From assembly GCA_025350325.1 (NCBI GenBank), contig JANXYB010000114.1:8438-72437 (forward strand): a stretch of DNA of 64,000 nucleotides, read 5' to 3'. Of this stretch, positions 52,822-62,409 are shown in pieces. The position numbers and the translations under genes were made by a program. The notes below the pieces were generated by a model. It ran no database searches. It worked only from the letters and a program-made list of their open reading frames with translations, and had not been told where the DNA came from. Source of the stretch: Acidobacteriaceae bacterium. GTDB lineage: Bacteria; Acidobacteriota; Terriglobia; Terriglobales; Acidobacteriaceae. How positions within the stretch are numbered: position 1 is the first letter of the stretch; every line of letters starts with the position of its first letter.

Positions 52822-53943
52822 ATGAACGGCAAAGATTTAGGAACAGCAGACCGGGATCAACAAGCGAAGATCACAGACCATAGCGCAGCGGCATCGTCGA
52901 CAACGGACGCCCCGGGCAATCCGGAAACATTTTCATCGCAGCCCGGCCCCGATGGCATAACTTCAAAAAACGTTGAGCCGCCGCCACTCGCGCGTGCTCC
53001 GCTGGCTTATGAAAACCCGGGATTTCTAAACAGCGCCGACGGCCGACTCATCCGCATTGTGTCGGAATACATGGAGCCGCTGGCGCGCTTTCGCCGGGAA
53101 AACATTCAGGACACCGTAGTCTTTTTTGGTTCAGCGCGCTTTCGCGGTCGCGAAGAAGCCGACCACGCATTGGAGTTGCTCGACAACACCGGATCGAGCC
53201 GTCCTGCGCCGAGCGAAGAACAACCGGCCAGCGTTCCCGACATTGCTACCGGCAAGGCTACTGACTTGCAGCGCAAGCGCGCCGTCGCGGCGGTTGCGAT
53301 GGCGCGGTATTACGAAGACGCAAGGCGTCTGGCGCAGATGCTCACGCAATGGGCAGCCAAGATTCCCTCGCGCCGTCATCGATTTGTTGTTACCTCTGGC
53401 GGTGGGCCCGGCATTATGGAGGCGGCCAATCGCGGCGCTTTCGAAGTTGGCGGTAAAACCATCGGCATGAATATCCGTTTGCCGTTTGAACAATCGCCTA
53501 ATCCCTACATCACACCGTCTCTGAACTTTGAGTTTCATTACTTCTTCATGCGCAAGCTGTGGTTCGCATACCTGGCAAAGGCGCTGGTAGTTTTTCCCGG
53601 CGGCTTCGGAACTCTCGATGAAATGTTCGAGATTCTGACGTTGGCGCAGACCCATAAACTGGCCAAGAAAATGACGGTCGTTGTTTACGGTTCGGAATAT
53701 TGGAAACGAATCTTCGATCTTGATGCGCTGGTGGATACAGGCGCCATCTCGCCAAAGGACATTGAACTCTTTCAATTTGCCGACACGCCAGAGCAGGCGT
53801 TCGAAATGCTGCACCAGGGATTAACCGAAAACTACCTGATTCCCGAATCAATTGGAGCGACCAACCGCCCGGTTCATGAGCTGTTGCCGGGCTCGACTTT
53901 CGACGATTTTTTGGGGCCTGAACTGATCAAGGCCAGCAAATGA
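52822..53943 (+). CDS. LOG-family (TIGR00730-like) nucleotide monophosphate phosphoribohydrolase
   Basis: VVFFGSAR, SGGGPGIMEAANRGA, FHYFFMRK, VFPGGFGTLDE (PGGxGTxxE). Confidence 0.9.
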   Translation: MNGKDLGTADRDQQAKITDHSAAASSTTDAPGNPETFSSQPGPDGITSKNVEPPPLARAPLAYENPGFLNSADGRLIRIVSEYMEPLARFRRENIQDTVVFFGSARFRGREEADHALELLDNTGSSRPAPSEEQPASVPDIATGKATDLQRKRAVAAVAMARYYEDARRLAQMLTQWAAKIPSRRHRFVVTSGGGPGIMEAANRGAFEVGGKTIGMNIRLPFEQSPNPYITPSLNFEFHYFFMRKLWFAYLAKALVVFPGGFGTLDEMFEILTLAQTHKLAKKMTVVVYGSEYWKRIFDLDALVDTGAISPKDIELFQFADTPEQAFEMLHQGLTENYLIPESIGATNRPVHELLPGSTFDDFLGPELIKASK

Positions 53944-54113
53944 TTTCCTTGTTTCTTCTTTAACCGTGAACGTAGTATTAAATGCATAGGTTCACTCCAA
54001 GCTCTTATATGAGTGATTCTGTTGTGCACGAAGGCCTTTGCACTGTTTTGAAACGGTTGGCTCCGTTTGATACTGGGTGCGTAGGATTCAGGGCAATCGG
54101 ACCAAGGAGCAGA

Positions 54114-55352
54114 ATGGCCAATTCGACGGTCTCTTACCTGTGGCGCGACCGGGATGCGCCACAGGAATTTCGTACCGGTGTTTCGCTTCACAGCCACACC
54201 AATCAATCGAAAGAGACGCTGAAGTTCCTGGCGAAGTTCAGTGGCCAGCATCCTGCCGTGCGTTCCTTCTTCGCATACATGGAGCGCCGTTCAGAAGTCA
54301 ATCACGGCATGAGCGTAAACTACGCCGCCGGTTATTGGACGCCGCCGATGACGCCGCAACTGGCACTCCAATTAGAGAGCCGGCAGATTGAGCAACTCGG
54401 TGTAGACGCGATGGTCTCGCTCTCCGATCACGACAGCATCAGCGCATCCACACTGCTGCGCGCAGTTCCAAGCGAGCGCGAGATCCCGATTTCACTTGAG
54501 TGGAGCGTACCTTACGGCGGTGCACACGATTTTCATCTCGGAGTACATAATCTGCCCGCCATACGTGCCGAGCAATGGATGCAGGTTCTGCAAAGCTACA
54601 CTGCCGATCCGAACGACGAGCGCCTTGAAGAGATCCTGATAGCGCTCAACAGTGAGCCCGATGTGCTGGTAGTCTTCAACCATCCGACATGGGATCTGTT
54701 TCTGATCACGCGCCAAAAACACGATTTTCTAGTGAATGAGTTTCTACAGAAGTTCAGCCGGTGGTTGCATGCGCTTGAACTCAATGGTCTGCGCAACTGG
54801 GACGAGAACCGCGCCACCTGTCGGCTCGCAAAAAAGTGGAACATGCTGCTGATCAGCGGCGGCGACCGTCATGGCGTCGAACCGAATGCCAACATCAATT
54901 TGACCAACGCTAATAACTTCGCAGAATTCGTCTACGAGATCCGCAGTGAAAAGCAGAGCCGCATACTTTTCATGCCGCAGTATGCCGAGCCTTGGAAGCA
55001 GCGGATTCTGCGCTCGACGATCGATGCGGTCCGCGACTATCCCGATTTTCCTCTAGGTTCGCGCACATGGGACGAGAGGGTTTTTCATCCCGATGCGAAT
55101 GGCGTGGTGCACTCGCTGCACGATCTCTGGCCTAATGGCTTTGCTCCGCCGGTGATGCGCCTGGGTGTCGCCATGATCCGGTTGATGGGCAGCGGATTGG
55201 TTTCAAGCGGCCTGCGTATGGCATGGGGCGATGCGCGCCAATTGCGCGTGGCCCTCGGCGAACCCGCACTAAACACCGCATCGAAGGCAGTCGGTCATCC
55301 GGCCCTGTCTCCTATCGATGAATCAGTCGGCACTTCCATCATTCAAAATTGA
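54114..55352 (+). CDS. PHP-fold putative metallo-phosphoesterase, paralogue 1
   Basis: AAGGAG RBS then MANSTVSYLW; SLHSHT, SLSDHD, HLGVHNL, VFNHP, LELNG, SGGDRHG. Confidence 0.72.
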   Translation: MANSTVSYLWRDRDAPQEFRTGVSLHSHTNQSKETLKFLAKFSGQHPAVRSFFAYMERRSEVNHGMSVNYAAGYWTPPMTPQLALQLESRQIEQLGVDAMVSLSDHDSISASTLLRAVPSEREIPISLEWSVPYGGAHDFHLGVHNLPAIRAEQWMQVLQSYTADPNDERLEEILIALNSEPDVLVVFNHPTWDLFLITRQKHDFLVNEFLQKFSRWLHALELNGLRNWDENRATCRLAKKWNMLLISGGDRHGVEPNANINLTNANNFAEFVYEIRSEKQSRILFMPQYAEPWKQRILRSTIDAVRDYPDFPLGSRTWDERVFHPDANGVVHSLHDLWPNGFAPPVMRLGVAMIRLMGSGLVSSGLRMAWGDARQLRVALGEPALNTASKAVGHPALSPIDESVGTSIIQN

Positions 55353-55446
55353 CCTGACATTTGCACGCTTTTCATTCTCCGCTGACGCGCTTCACGCAAA
55401 CTGGCGTTGGGAAGATACTCGCTGACTCGCGAAATGAGGAGGAGCA

Positions 55447-56607
55447 ATGGCCACGTCGACCATCTCGTACCTGTGGCGCGACAAAGATGCAGTTAAAGGG
55501 TTCCGCGCCGCCGTTTCGTTGCATAGCCACACTAACCAATCCAAAGAGACCCTCGATTTTCTGGCTAATCTTGGCAGCCAGTATCCGCTGATCCGTCCCT
55601 TGCTTGGGTTACTAGAACGCCGCTCCCGCGCGAGTCATGGCTTGCAGGTCAATTACGCTGCCAGCTATTGGACCCCGCCGATGACTCCCAAGTTGACCTT
55701 TGATACCGAGCGGGAACAAATCGAAAAGCTTGGCGTCACAGCGATGGTATCGATCACCGATCACGACAATATCAATGCTCCGATGCTGCTGCGAACGATT
55801 CCAAGCGCTCGACAAATACCCGTTTCAGTTGAGTGGAGCGTTCCTTACGGCGGCGCGCAGGACTTTCACCTTGGTGTGCACAACCTGCCCAGTGCGCGCG
55901 CCAGAGAATGGATGCAGATTCTCGCCGAATACACCGCGGCCCCCCGCGAAGAAAGTCTGCGAGAAATCCTCGTCGCACTGAATGCTGAGCCGAACGTGGT
56001 CGTGGTCTTCAACCATCCACTGTGGGATTTGTTTGTGATCGGGCGAGAAAAGCATGAATTTCTGGTGAATGAGTTCCTACAGAAATTTGGCGCCTGGCTG
56101 CATGCGCTCGAATTGAACGGCCTGCGTAACTGGGAAGAGAATCGTGCTGTGCGCCGCCTCGCCCAACAATGGAACATGCTGCTCATCAGCGGGGGGGACC
56201 GCCATGGCGTCGAACCCAATGCGAATATAAATCTGACCAACGCAACCAGCTTCACCGCTTTCGTCCACGAGATTCGCAAAGAGAAGAAGAGCAATGTGCT
56301 TTTCATGCCGCAATACGCCGAGCCGTGGAAGCATCGGCTGTTGCGCGCGACGCTTGATGCGATTCGCGATTATCCTGAGTTTCCGCTAGGCTCGCGCACC
56401 TGGGATGAGCGCGCCTATCACCCCGATGCCGACGGAGTGATGCGGCCCTTGACTGAGTTATGGCCCAGGGGTCGGGCCCCGTTCGCGATTGCAGCGACGA
56501 TCAAGCTAGTGCAACTGCTGGGCAAGGGCCCGGTCTCAGGCAGTCTGCGCAAAGCGTGGCAAGATGCACAGCAACTTGACATGGCGATGGGCGAGACAGA
56601 GGGTTAG
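55447..56607 (+). CDS. PHP-fold putative metallo-phosphoesterase, paralogue 2
   Basis: GAGGAG RBS; the same motif set as paralogue 1 (SLHSHT, SITDHD, VFNHP, LELNG, SGGDRHG). Confidence 0.72.
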   Translation: MATSTISYLWRDKDAVKGFRAAVSLHSHTNQSKETLDFLANLGSQYPLIRPLLGLLERRSRASHGLQVNYAASYWTPPMTPKLTFDTEREQIEKLGVTAMVSITDHDNINAPMLLRTIPSARQIPVSVEWSVPYGGAQDFHLGVHNLPSARAREWMQILAEYTAAPREESLREILVALNAEPNVVVVFNHPLWDLFVIGREKHEFLVNEFLQKFGAWLHALELNGLRNWEENRAVRRLAQQWNMLLISGGDRHGVEPNANINLTNATSFTAFVHEIRKEKKSNVLFMPQYAEPWKHRLLRATLDAIRDYPEFPLGSRTWDERAYHPDADGVMRPLTELWPRGRAPFAIAATIKLVQLLGKGPVSGSLRKAWQDAQQLDMAMGETEG

Positions 56608-57188
56608 AGCCTGGGAAGCCGTAAGCCGGTTTTCAAGTCAACCGCAAACGGTGTTTCCCTGTCAGTCATCAAGTTCCAACCAGTGCCGCGCAATACGCCT
56701 GGTGTGCTGTCGGTAATGGTGACGCCCTCGTCAGAAAGCTTTTCTGTCTGCCACGCTTGGCCGTGTGGGCCCCAGGCCAGGATGGCGTGATGGCCCACGA
56801 ACAGCAGCAAACGCTCCGCAACCAAGGCGCGAATTTCGAGCACCGGACGATAAACAATCATGGTGAATCGCTCGGGCGCAGTGGTGTCGATCATGTACAC
56901 GTAGCCGCCAGAAACCGCACAAATTTCCTTCGGATCAGGAGCAGACCAAAGGCCGCTTGGAACCGAAGAGTCGCGAAACCCAAGTGCACACGTAGCCAGA
57001 AACGCCGCTGCATTCACCCCATCGGGTCGCACCAGCACTTCGAGTGCTCCCCGCTCTACCTCTTCTGCTTCGCGAGGATAGACGAAGTGTCTTGGCGGAA
57101 GGATGAGGGGCCGCGAGGCCAGAATTTCCGCCTGCCAGAGATGCAGAAAGCTAAAATTGACAGGTGTGGGTGCGGGCTTTTCTTTCAC
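56604..57188 (-). CDS. Hypothetical protein, probably co-transcribed with gltX
   Basis: 194-aa ORF starting 6 nt after the gltX stop. Confidence 0.7.
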   Translation of the reverse strand: MKEKPAPTPVNFSFLHLWQAEILASRPLILPPRHFVYPREAEEVERGALEVLVRPDGVNAAAFLATCALGFRDSSVPSGLWSAPDPKEICAVSGGYVYMIDTTAPERFTMIVYRPVLEIRALVAERLLLFVGHHAILAWGPHGQAWQTEKLSDEGVTITDSTPGVLRGTGWNLMTDRETPFAVDLKTGLRLPRL

Positions 57189-57194
57189 GCTGGC

Positions 57195-58721
57195 TTACAC
57201 CCCGACAAATCTCTCGACCCGTTCGCGAATACCAGGTACGTCGATGTTGAGAGCGGCGCCCTGTTCAATGAGTGGGATCAGCTTGTCAAACTCGGGACCG
57301 GAATGACTTCCGGTTATCGCAATGCGGACCGGATGGAACAGCTCTTTGCCTTTGACGCCCGTCGCCGCCTTGATTTCGCTCATCCATTTTGAGAAATCGG
57401 CAGGCAACACGGCCCCGGTATGGGCCCGCACGTGGTCTGCTAATTCCGTCAGCACCACCCGCGCGGAATCGACCGCAAGGATCGCCGCATTCTCCGGGTC
57501 GGCCCGTGCGATTTCTGGATCGAAGCCGAATATGAAAGCAGCCTTCGCGGTCAGCAAATCAAGATGATTTACCGATGGCGCAAACAATTCAATGAGGTGA
57601 AGGAACCAGACTTGAACAGCTTCGGAGGCTTCCTCTTTTTCTGGCATCTGTTCTTTGAAGTAATCCCACGCCAGCGCCGTGAGCCGTGCTGGATCAACCT
57701 GCTTGATGTAGTGCCGATTGAGCCAATTCAGTTTCTCGAAATCAAAAATCGCGGGGCTGGGAGTGACGCGGTCCAGCGAAAAGGCCTGGATCAAAGCCCC
57801 AGGCGTAAACGTTTCCGTTTTGCCATCTTCTGCGCCCCACCCTAGCAGTGCCAGGTAGTTCACCATTGCTTCCGGCAAGTAGCCCATCTCGTGAAAGCTT
57901 GAAATCGACGTCGCACCATGACGCTTTGAAAGCCGCTCGCGATCTGCGCCCAAGATCGTGGAGAGGTGCGCAAATTCCGGTACAGCCCAGCCGAACGCCT
58001 CATAGATGGCGACCTGCTTAGGCGTGTTTGAAATATGATCATCCCCGCGGATTACATGCGTGATCTTCATCAACGCGTCATCGACCGTAACCACATAGTT
58101 GTAAACGGGCACGCCCGCCGACGCACCGCCTGCTGCCGACCGAACCAGGATGGGATCGCTGACAGTTTCAGGAGCAAACTCGAGAGTGCCGCGAACCATG
58201 TCGTGAAAGCGAATCGGGCGGTCTTCAATCTTCAGCCGCACCGCATACGGCTTGCCCGTGGCCAGGTTGTGATGGATTGACGGCTTGCTGAGGATTCGAC
58301 ATTTGCCAGAATAGACCTGCGGGCGGTGCGCAGCGATGTCTTGACGGCGCTCTTCCTCGAGTTCCGCCGCCGTGCAGAAGCAGCGGTACGCCTTGTCCTC
58401 TGCCAGCAGGCGCTCTGTGTGTTCGGCATAAATCTCAAGCCGCTTCGATTGCCGGTAGGGTCCATATGCGCCCTTCTCTCCGGCATCGAATTCGTTCGGC
58501 CCCTCGTCCCAATCAAGACCGAGCCAACGCAGATCCTCGATGAGTTGTTTTTCATACCGCGACTCGGATCGTTCCTGGTCTGTGTCTTCAATGCGAAGGA
58601 GAAAATCCCCGCCCATGCGGCGGGCAAACAACCAGTTATAAAGGGCAGTTCGTGCATTGCCTACGTGCAACAGGCCTGTGGGGGATGGTGCGAAGCGCAC
58701 CCGAATTTTTCGGCTTTCCAT
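57195..58721 (-). CDS. gltX: Glutamate--tRNA ligase
   Basis: RFAPSPTGLLHVGNAR (HIGH), LRIEDTD, RGDDHISNT, RLSKRHG (KMSKS equivalent), anticodon-domain PVRIAITG...GPE. Confidence 0.97.
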   Translation of the reverse strand: MESRKIRVRFAPSPTGLLHVGNARTALYNWLFARRMGGDFLLRIEDTDQERSESRYEKQLIEDLRWLGLDWDEGPNEFDAGEKGAYGPYRQSKRLEIYAEHTERLLAEDKAYRCFCTAAELEEERRQDIAAHRPQVYSGKCRILSKPSIHHNLATGKPYAVRLKIEDRPIRFHDMVRGTLEFAPETVSDPILVRSAAGGASAGVPVYNYVVTVDDALMKITHVIRGDDHISNTPKQVAIYEAFGWAVPEFAHLSTILGADRERLSKRHGATSISSFHEMGYLPEAMVNYLALLGWGAEDGKTETFTPGALIQAFSLDRVTPSPAIFDFEKLNWLNRHYIKQVDPARLTALAWDYFKEQMPEKEEASEAVQVWFLHLIELFAPSVNHLDLLTAKAAFIFGFDPEIARADPENAAILAVDSARVVLTELADHVRAHTGAVLPADFSKWMSEIKAATGVKGKELFHPVRIAITGSHSGPEFDKLIPLIEQGAALNIDVPGIRERVERFVGV

Positions 58722-58793
58722 AACAGTTCGATCATAGTCGGTCGATGTGCAGACCTATTGGGTTCAAAGCATTGTGGCTGGGCTGACCCTGCT

Positions 58794-59846
58794 TCAAGAG
58801 AAGTGTTCCCAACCATGCGGCGGCAGCGGGCGGGAGCCCTCAATGGTCAGCAACGTTATCTGCGGTCGTCCCCGCCGGGCTGGCACGAAGCGTCCGATGC
58901 AGGTAACAGCCACTCCGGCGATGGCGCGCGGCAGTTTGGCTTTTGGCGGCGCGGCAAAGAGCAGTTCATAGTCCTCGCCCCCGTTGAGAGCTTGCTCCAG
59001 GGTAGCGCTGGGGTGCAGGGGCAGCGCAGCGGCATCCACCTCAGCAGCCACACTCGACTCCGCGCATAGGTGGGCGAGGTCGGTAGAGAGGCCATCGCTG
59101 AGGTCAATTGCGGCCGTCGCCAGTCCCCGCCGCCGCAAAAAAAGGCCTTGGGCAATCCTGGGTCGCGGGTACAGATGCGGTTCGAGAGCCAACTTTATTT
59201 TGTCAGGGAAGGACCTCGGCATCCCGCTTTTATATGGTCCGGCTTCGGCCATAAACTTTAGACCCGCTGCCGCACCACCTAAACATCCGGTGACATACAG
59301 ACGATCCCCGGCCCGCGCTCCTGTTCGCAGCAAGGCTTTGCCATGCGTTACAGCCCCGATCAGCACAATATCCGCGAGTGCAACTGGCGATTGGGCCAGA
59401 TCGCCGCCAGCCAAAGGAGTCTTGTACAGATCTGCCAAAGCCAGCAATCCGTCGTAGAACCGGTCAAGCCAGGTCCGCCCGGCCAATATTCGGCGGGCGT
59501 GGCGACCTGTGTGGCGCGTCAACTCCTCCGGTAAACCCAATGAAAGAAATGCCGCCACGGGTCTTGCCCCCATCGCCGCCAGATCGCTTAAACCGCGCGC
59601 AAGAGCTCGATGGCCAATCACCTCGGGTGTATGCCAATCCAAACGGAAATGGCGCCCTGCGATTGATAAATCAGTAGTTACAGCGACTTCTTCACCCGGT
59701 CGCAAACCCAGCAAAGCACAATCGTCCCCAATCCCCAGCCGTACTGCGCCAGCGCCCGACCGGGCTGCCTGGCTGCGAATCTGGTCAAGCAGGGCTCGTT
59801 CAGGCAAAAGGCTGTCTTTTGAAACTTTAAACCGTGATTTGGGCAT
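58794..59846 (-). CDS. thiL: Thiamine-monophosphate kinase
   Basis: LGIGDDCA, HFRLDW, LSDLAAMGA, GGDL, AIDLSDGLSTDL, GGEDYELLF. Start reset to 59846. Confidence 0.94.
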   Translation of the reverse strand: MPKSRFKVSKDSLLPERALLDQIRSQAARSGAGAVRLGIGDDCALLGLRPGEEVAVTTDLSIAGRHFRLDWHTPEVIGHRALARGLSDLAAMGARPVAAFLSLGLPEELTRHTGRHARRILAGRTWLDRFYDGLLALADLYKTPLAGGDLAQSPVALADIVLIGAVTHGKALLRTGARAGDRLYVTGCLGGAAAGLKFMAEAGPYKSGMPRSFPDKIKLALEPHLYPRPRIAQGLFLRRRGLATAAIDLSDGLSTDLAHLCAESSVAAEVDAAALPLHPSATLEQALNGGEDYELLFAAPPKAKLPRAIAGVAVTCIGRFVPARRGRPQITLLTIEGSRPLPPHGWEHFS

Positions 59847-60112
59847 CCAAGGAAGGATAGGGCACGCACCCCCGGGGCGGTGTACGAAACCGATTGGCCT
59901 TTGACCGGCCCAACGCAAACTTCGGCGTAAGTTTCGTCGGTGGCTTTCGTTGACCCTGCGGACAGAGGGCTGATAGCCTGAGAGAACGTTCAACTGATAG
60001 CAGATGTGAAAGAGTCTGGTAGTCGAGGATGTTCCACTGGCCCTCCCAATCCGTCTAATCTTCGGAATTCATTCCGGTTGTGGCTTTGGACTATAAAACG
60101 AAAGCAGGATGA

Positions 60113-61090
60113 ATGCTTCGTAAGCGCTATTACATTCTTTTTGTCGCGAGAGACGAGGACGGACGGGTGCGGAAGATTCCGCTGCCGTTGCACTACGTCT
60201 ATGGATTTGTTGCTGCTGCTCTGGTCGGCGCCTTCACGATTGTGGGCCTGGCCGGCTCTTATACCCGCATGTTGCTCAAGACAGAAAGCTATAATCAGGT
60301 TCGTGACGACCGAGAAAATCTGCGCAAAAATTATCGCCAGATGGCGCGAATCGCCCATGATAGGGATGTGCAGGTTGCGTCCCTCGGCGCACTCGCCAGT
60401 GAAGTAACAGCCCTCTACGGATTGCGCCAGAATCGGCTCATTCCGGCGCGGCATGGTGCGGCGAGCGTGGCCGCAGCCGCAGCAACGCCGGTCAGTCTTG
60501 CAGTCACCGACGAAGTCAGTCAGCAGAACGTTAAGAGTTCAATCGATCAATTTTATGCGTTGCGTGCCGAGGCGATGTCGGGCCAAGTGACGCGCGCCAT
60601 TGCCAGCGGTCTGGCTCCCGGATTTATGGGCGATTGGAGGCAGCTTGCAGACGCCCCCTCCATCTGGCCGGTTGAGGGCCGGGTAGGATCGAGCTTCGGT
60701 GAGCGCGAAGATCCAATCAACGGGGAAGGCGCCTTTCACCCAGGAATCGATATTGAGGCACCCATGGGTGCGCCGGTACGCGCAGCCGCCGATGGCGACG
60801 TGACCGGTACTACGATGGGCGCGGGATACGGTCGTCAAATTGTGCTCGATCACGGTCACGATTTGCTCACACTGTATGGGCATCTCTCGGCGATCGCAGT
60901 CGTCCCCGGCCAGCATGTCACGCGCGGCGAGGTCATCGGCTACGTCGGTCAGACCGGTCGCGCCACCGGTCCGCATCTTCATTACGAAGTGCGCGTGCAC
61001 AAGGTGCCGGTCAATCCGCACAAGTATCTGCGCTCGACTTATGAGCAAATCACAGACCTCGCAACGATCGATCATCTATCGACCAAGTAG
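60113..61090 (+). CDS. M23-family metallopeptidase
   Basis: N-terminal TM and coiled coil; PSIWPVEG, FHPGID (HxxxD), YGHLS, TGPHLHYEV (HxH). Confidence 0.94.
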   Translation: MLRKRYYILFVARDEDGRVRKIPLPLHYVYGFVAAALVGAFTIVGLAGSYTRMLLKTESYNQVRDDRENLRKNYRQMARIAHDRDVQVASLGALASEVTALYGLRQNRLIPARHGAASVAAAAATPVSLAVTDEVSQQNVKSSIDQFYALRAEAMSGQVTRAIASGLAPGFMGDWRQLADAPSIWPVEGRVGSSFGEREDPINGEGAFHPGIDIEAPMGAPVRAAADGDVTGTTMGAGYGRQIVLDHGHDLLTLYGHLSAIAVVPGQHVTRGEVIGYVGQTGRATGPHLHYEVRVHKVPVNPHKYLRSTYEQITDLATIDHLSTK

Positions 61091-61112
61091 TCGACAAAAA
61101 TCTGCGTTTCGC

Positions 61113-61142
61113 AAGCGGCTCCCTTGGGGCCGCTTTTGTTTT
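61113..61142 (+). terminator. Intrinsic terminator after the M23 gene
   Basis: AAGCGGCTCC-CTT-GGGGCCGCTT followed by TTGTTTT. Confidence 0.75.
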
Positions 61143-61216
61143 GGTGCGCGCCTGAAACGCAGCCGACGAACGTAGAATGGTTGCACCACAATTTTCTGCT
61201 GCATCGAGGAGCTAAA

Positions 61217-62353
61217 GTGCGATTGCGCTTCTGTTGTTTTCTGGCTGTATTAATTTTTGCTTTGTCCGCGGCGGGGCAGGATAATTCCGCAAAATCACAA
61301 ATCGCCTTTAGCCGCGCGCAACACCTGCGTCACGGCATAAATGCATCTGAATGGTTTGCGCAATCGGCGAGCGACTATTCCGCTTCGCGCACGAGCCGCT
61401 ACACCGACGATGCCGACATTGCGTTGATGGCGAAATTGGGTTTTGACAACGTGCGTTTAAGCATCGACGCTACGCCGCTCGAGCAATTCCCGCTTAGCAA
61501 AGAGGGGCTTAGTGCGGACTTTGTCGGCCGCCTCGATCACGCCGTCGATGCGATGCTCGCCGCAGGCATGGCCGTTCAAATCGATGTGCATCCGGAATCG
61601 ACCTACAAGACGCAGGTGCGCACCACCAGTGAGGGCGCCGAACGGTTTGTGATGCTGTGGCGCAAACTGGCTGCGCACTATGCGACGCGCGATCCCGAGA
61701 AGGTCTTCTTCGAAGTGATGAATGAGCCGGAGGTGAGCGATCCCTATCGCTGGTCCGGCATACAGGCGAGCGCGGCCGCAGCCATTCGAGAGGCAGCACC
61801 GAAAAACACGATAATCGCGACGGGGCCGAACTACTCAAGCATCGCCGATTTGCTGACTCAGCAGCCTTTGCCCGATGGCAATGTAATTTATACCTTCCAC
61901 TTCTACGAGCCACATGAGTTCACGCATCAGGGTGCGGGCTGGGGCGTGCCGTGGTGGAGTTACACGCATGGCATTCCCTATCCTGCGACGGACAGCTCAA
62001 TGCAGGAAGTCTTGCAGCAGGTACCCGATGCTGCGAACCGCTATGCGCTCGAGCACTACTGGCTCGATCATTGGGATGCGCGGCGCATTCGCCTGCAGAT
62101 TGATGCTGCCGCTGCCTGGGGCCACGAACATAACGTGCCGCTGATCTGCAATGAATTTGGCGCCTACCGCAGGGTGACTGCGCCGGCGTCGCGCATGGCC
62201 TGGATTCACGATGTGCGGACGGCCTTGGAAGCGGACGGCATCGGCTGGACGATGTGGGATTATCGCGGTAGCTTCGGCGTGGTCTTCAAGGAAGACGGCC
62301 AGTCAGCTAAAGTCGACCCCGCAGTGGTTGAGGCGCTGGGGCTGAAGAAATAA
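61217..62353 (+). CDS. Secreted glycoside hydrolase family 5 (cellulase family)
   Basis: GTG start behind GAGGAG; signal peptide; FDNVRL, IDVH, FEVMNEP (acid/base), FHFYEP, CNEFG (nucleophile), WTMWDY. Confidence 0.92.
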   Translation: MRLRFCCFLAVLIFALSAAGQDNSAKSQIAFSRAQHLRHGINASEWFAQSASDYSASRTSRYTDDADIALMAKLGFDNVRLSIDATPLEQFPLSKEGLSADFVGRLDHAVDAMLAAGMAVQIDVHPESTYKTQVRTTSEGAERFVMLWRKLAAHYATRDPEKVFFEVMNEPEVSDPYRWSGIQASAAAAIREAAPKNTIIATGPNYSSIADLLTQQPLPDGNVIYTFHFYEPHEFTHQGAGWGVPWWSYTHGIPYPATDSSMQEVLQQVPDAANRYALEHYWLDHWDARRIRLQIDAAAAWGHEHNVPLICNEFGAYRRVTAPASRMAWIHDVRTALEADGIGWTMWDYRGSFGVVFKEDGQSAKVDPAVVEALGLKK

Positions 62354-62409
62354 GCTCTCAATCGGCGGAGCGGGTCATCATCTTGCAATCGCCCGCTCAG
62401 CCCGCAGCA

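Noticed and set aside
59847-60112. TPP riboswitch upstream of thiL
   Set aside because: The CTGAGA string is on the wrong strand and the other TPP motifs are missing.
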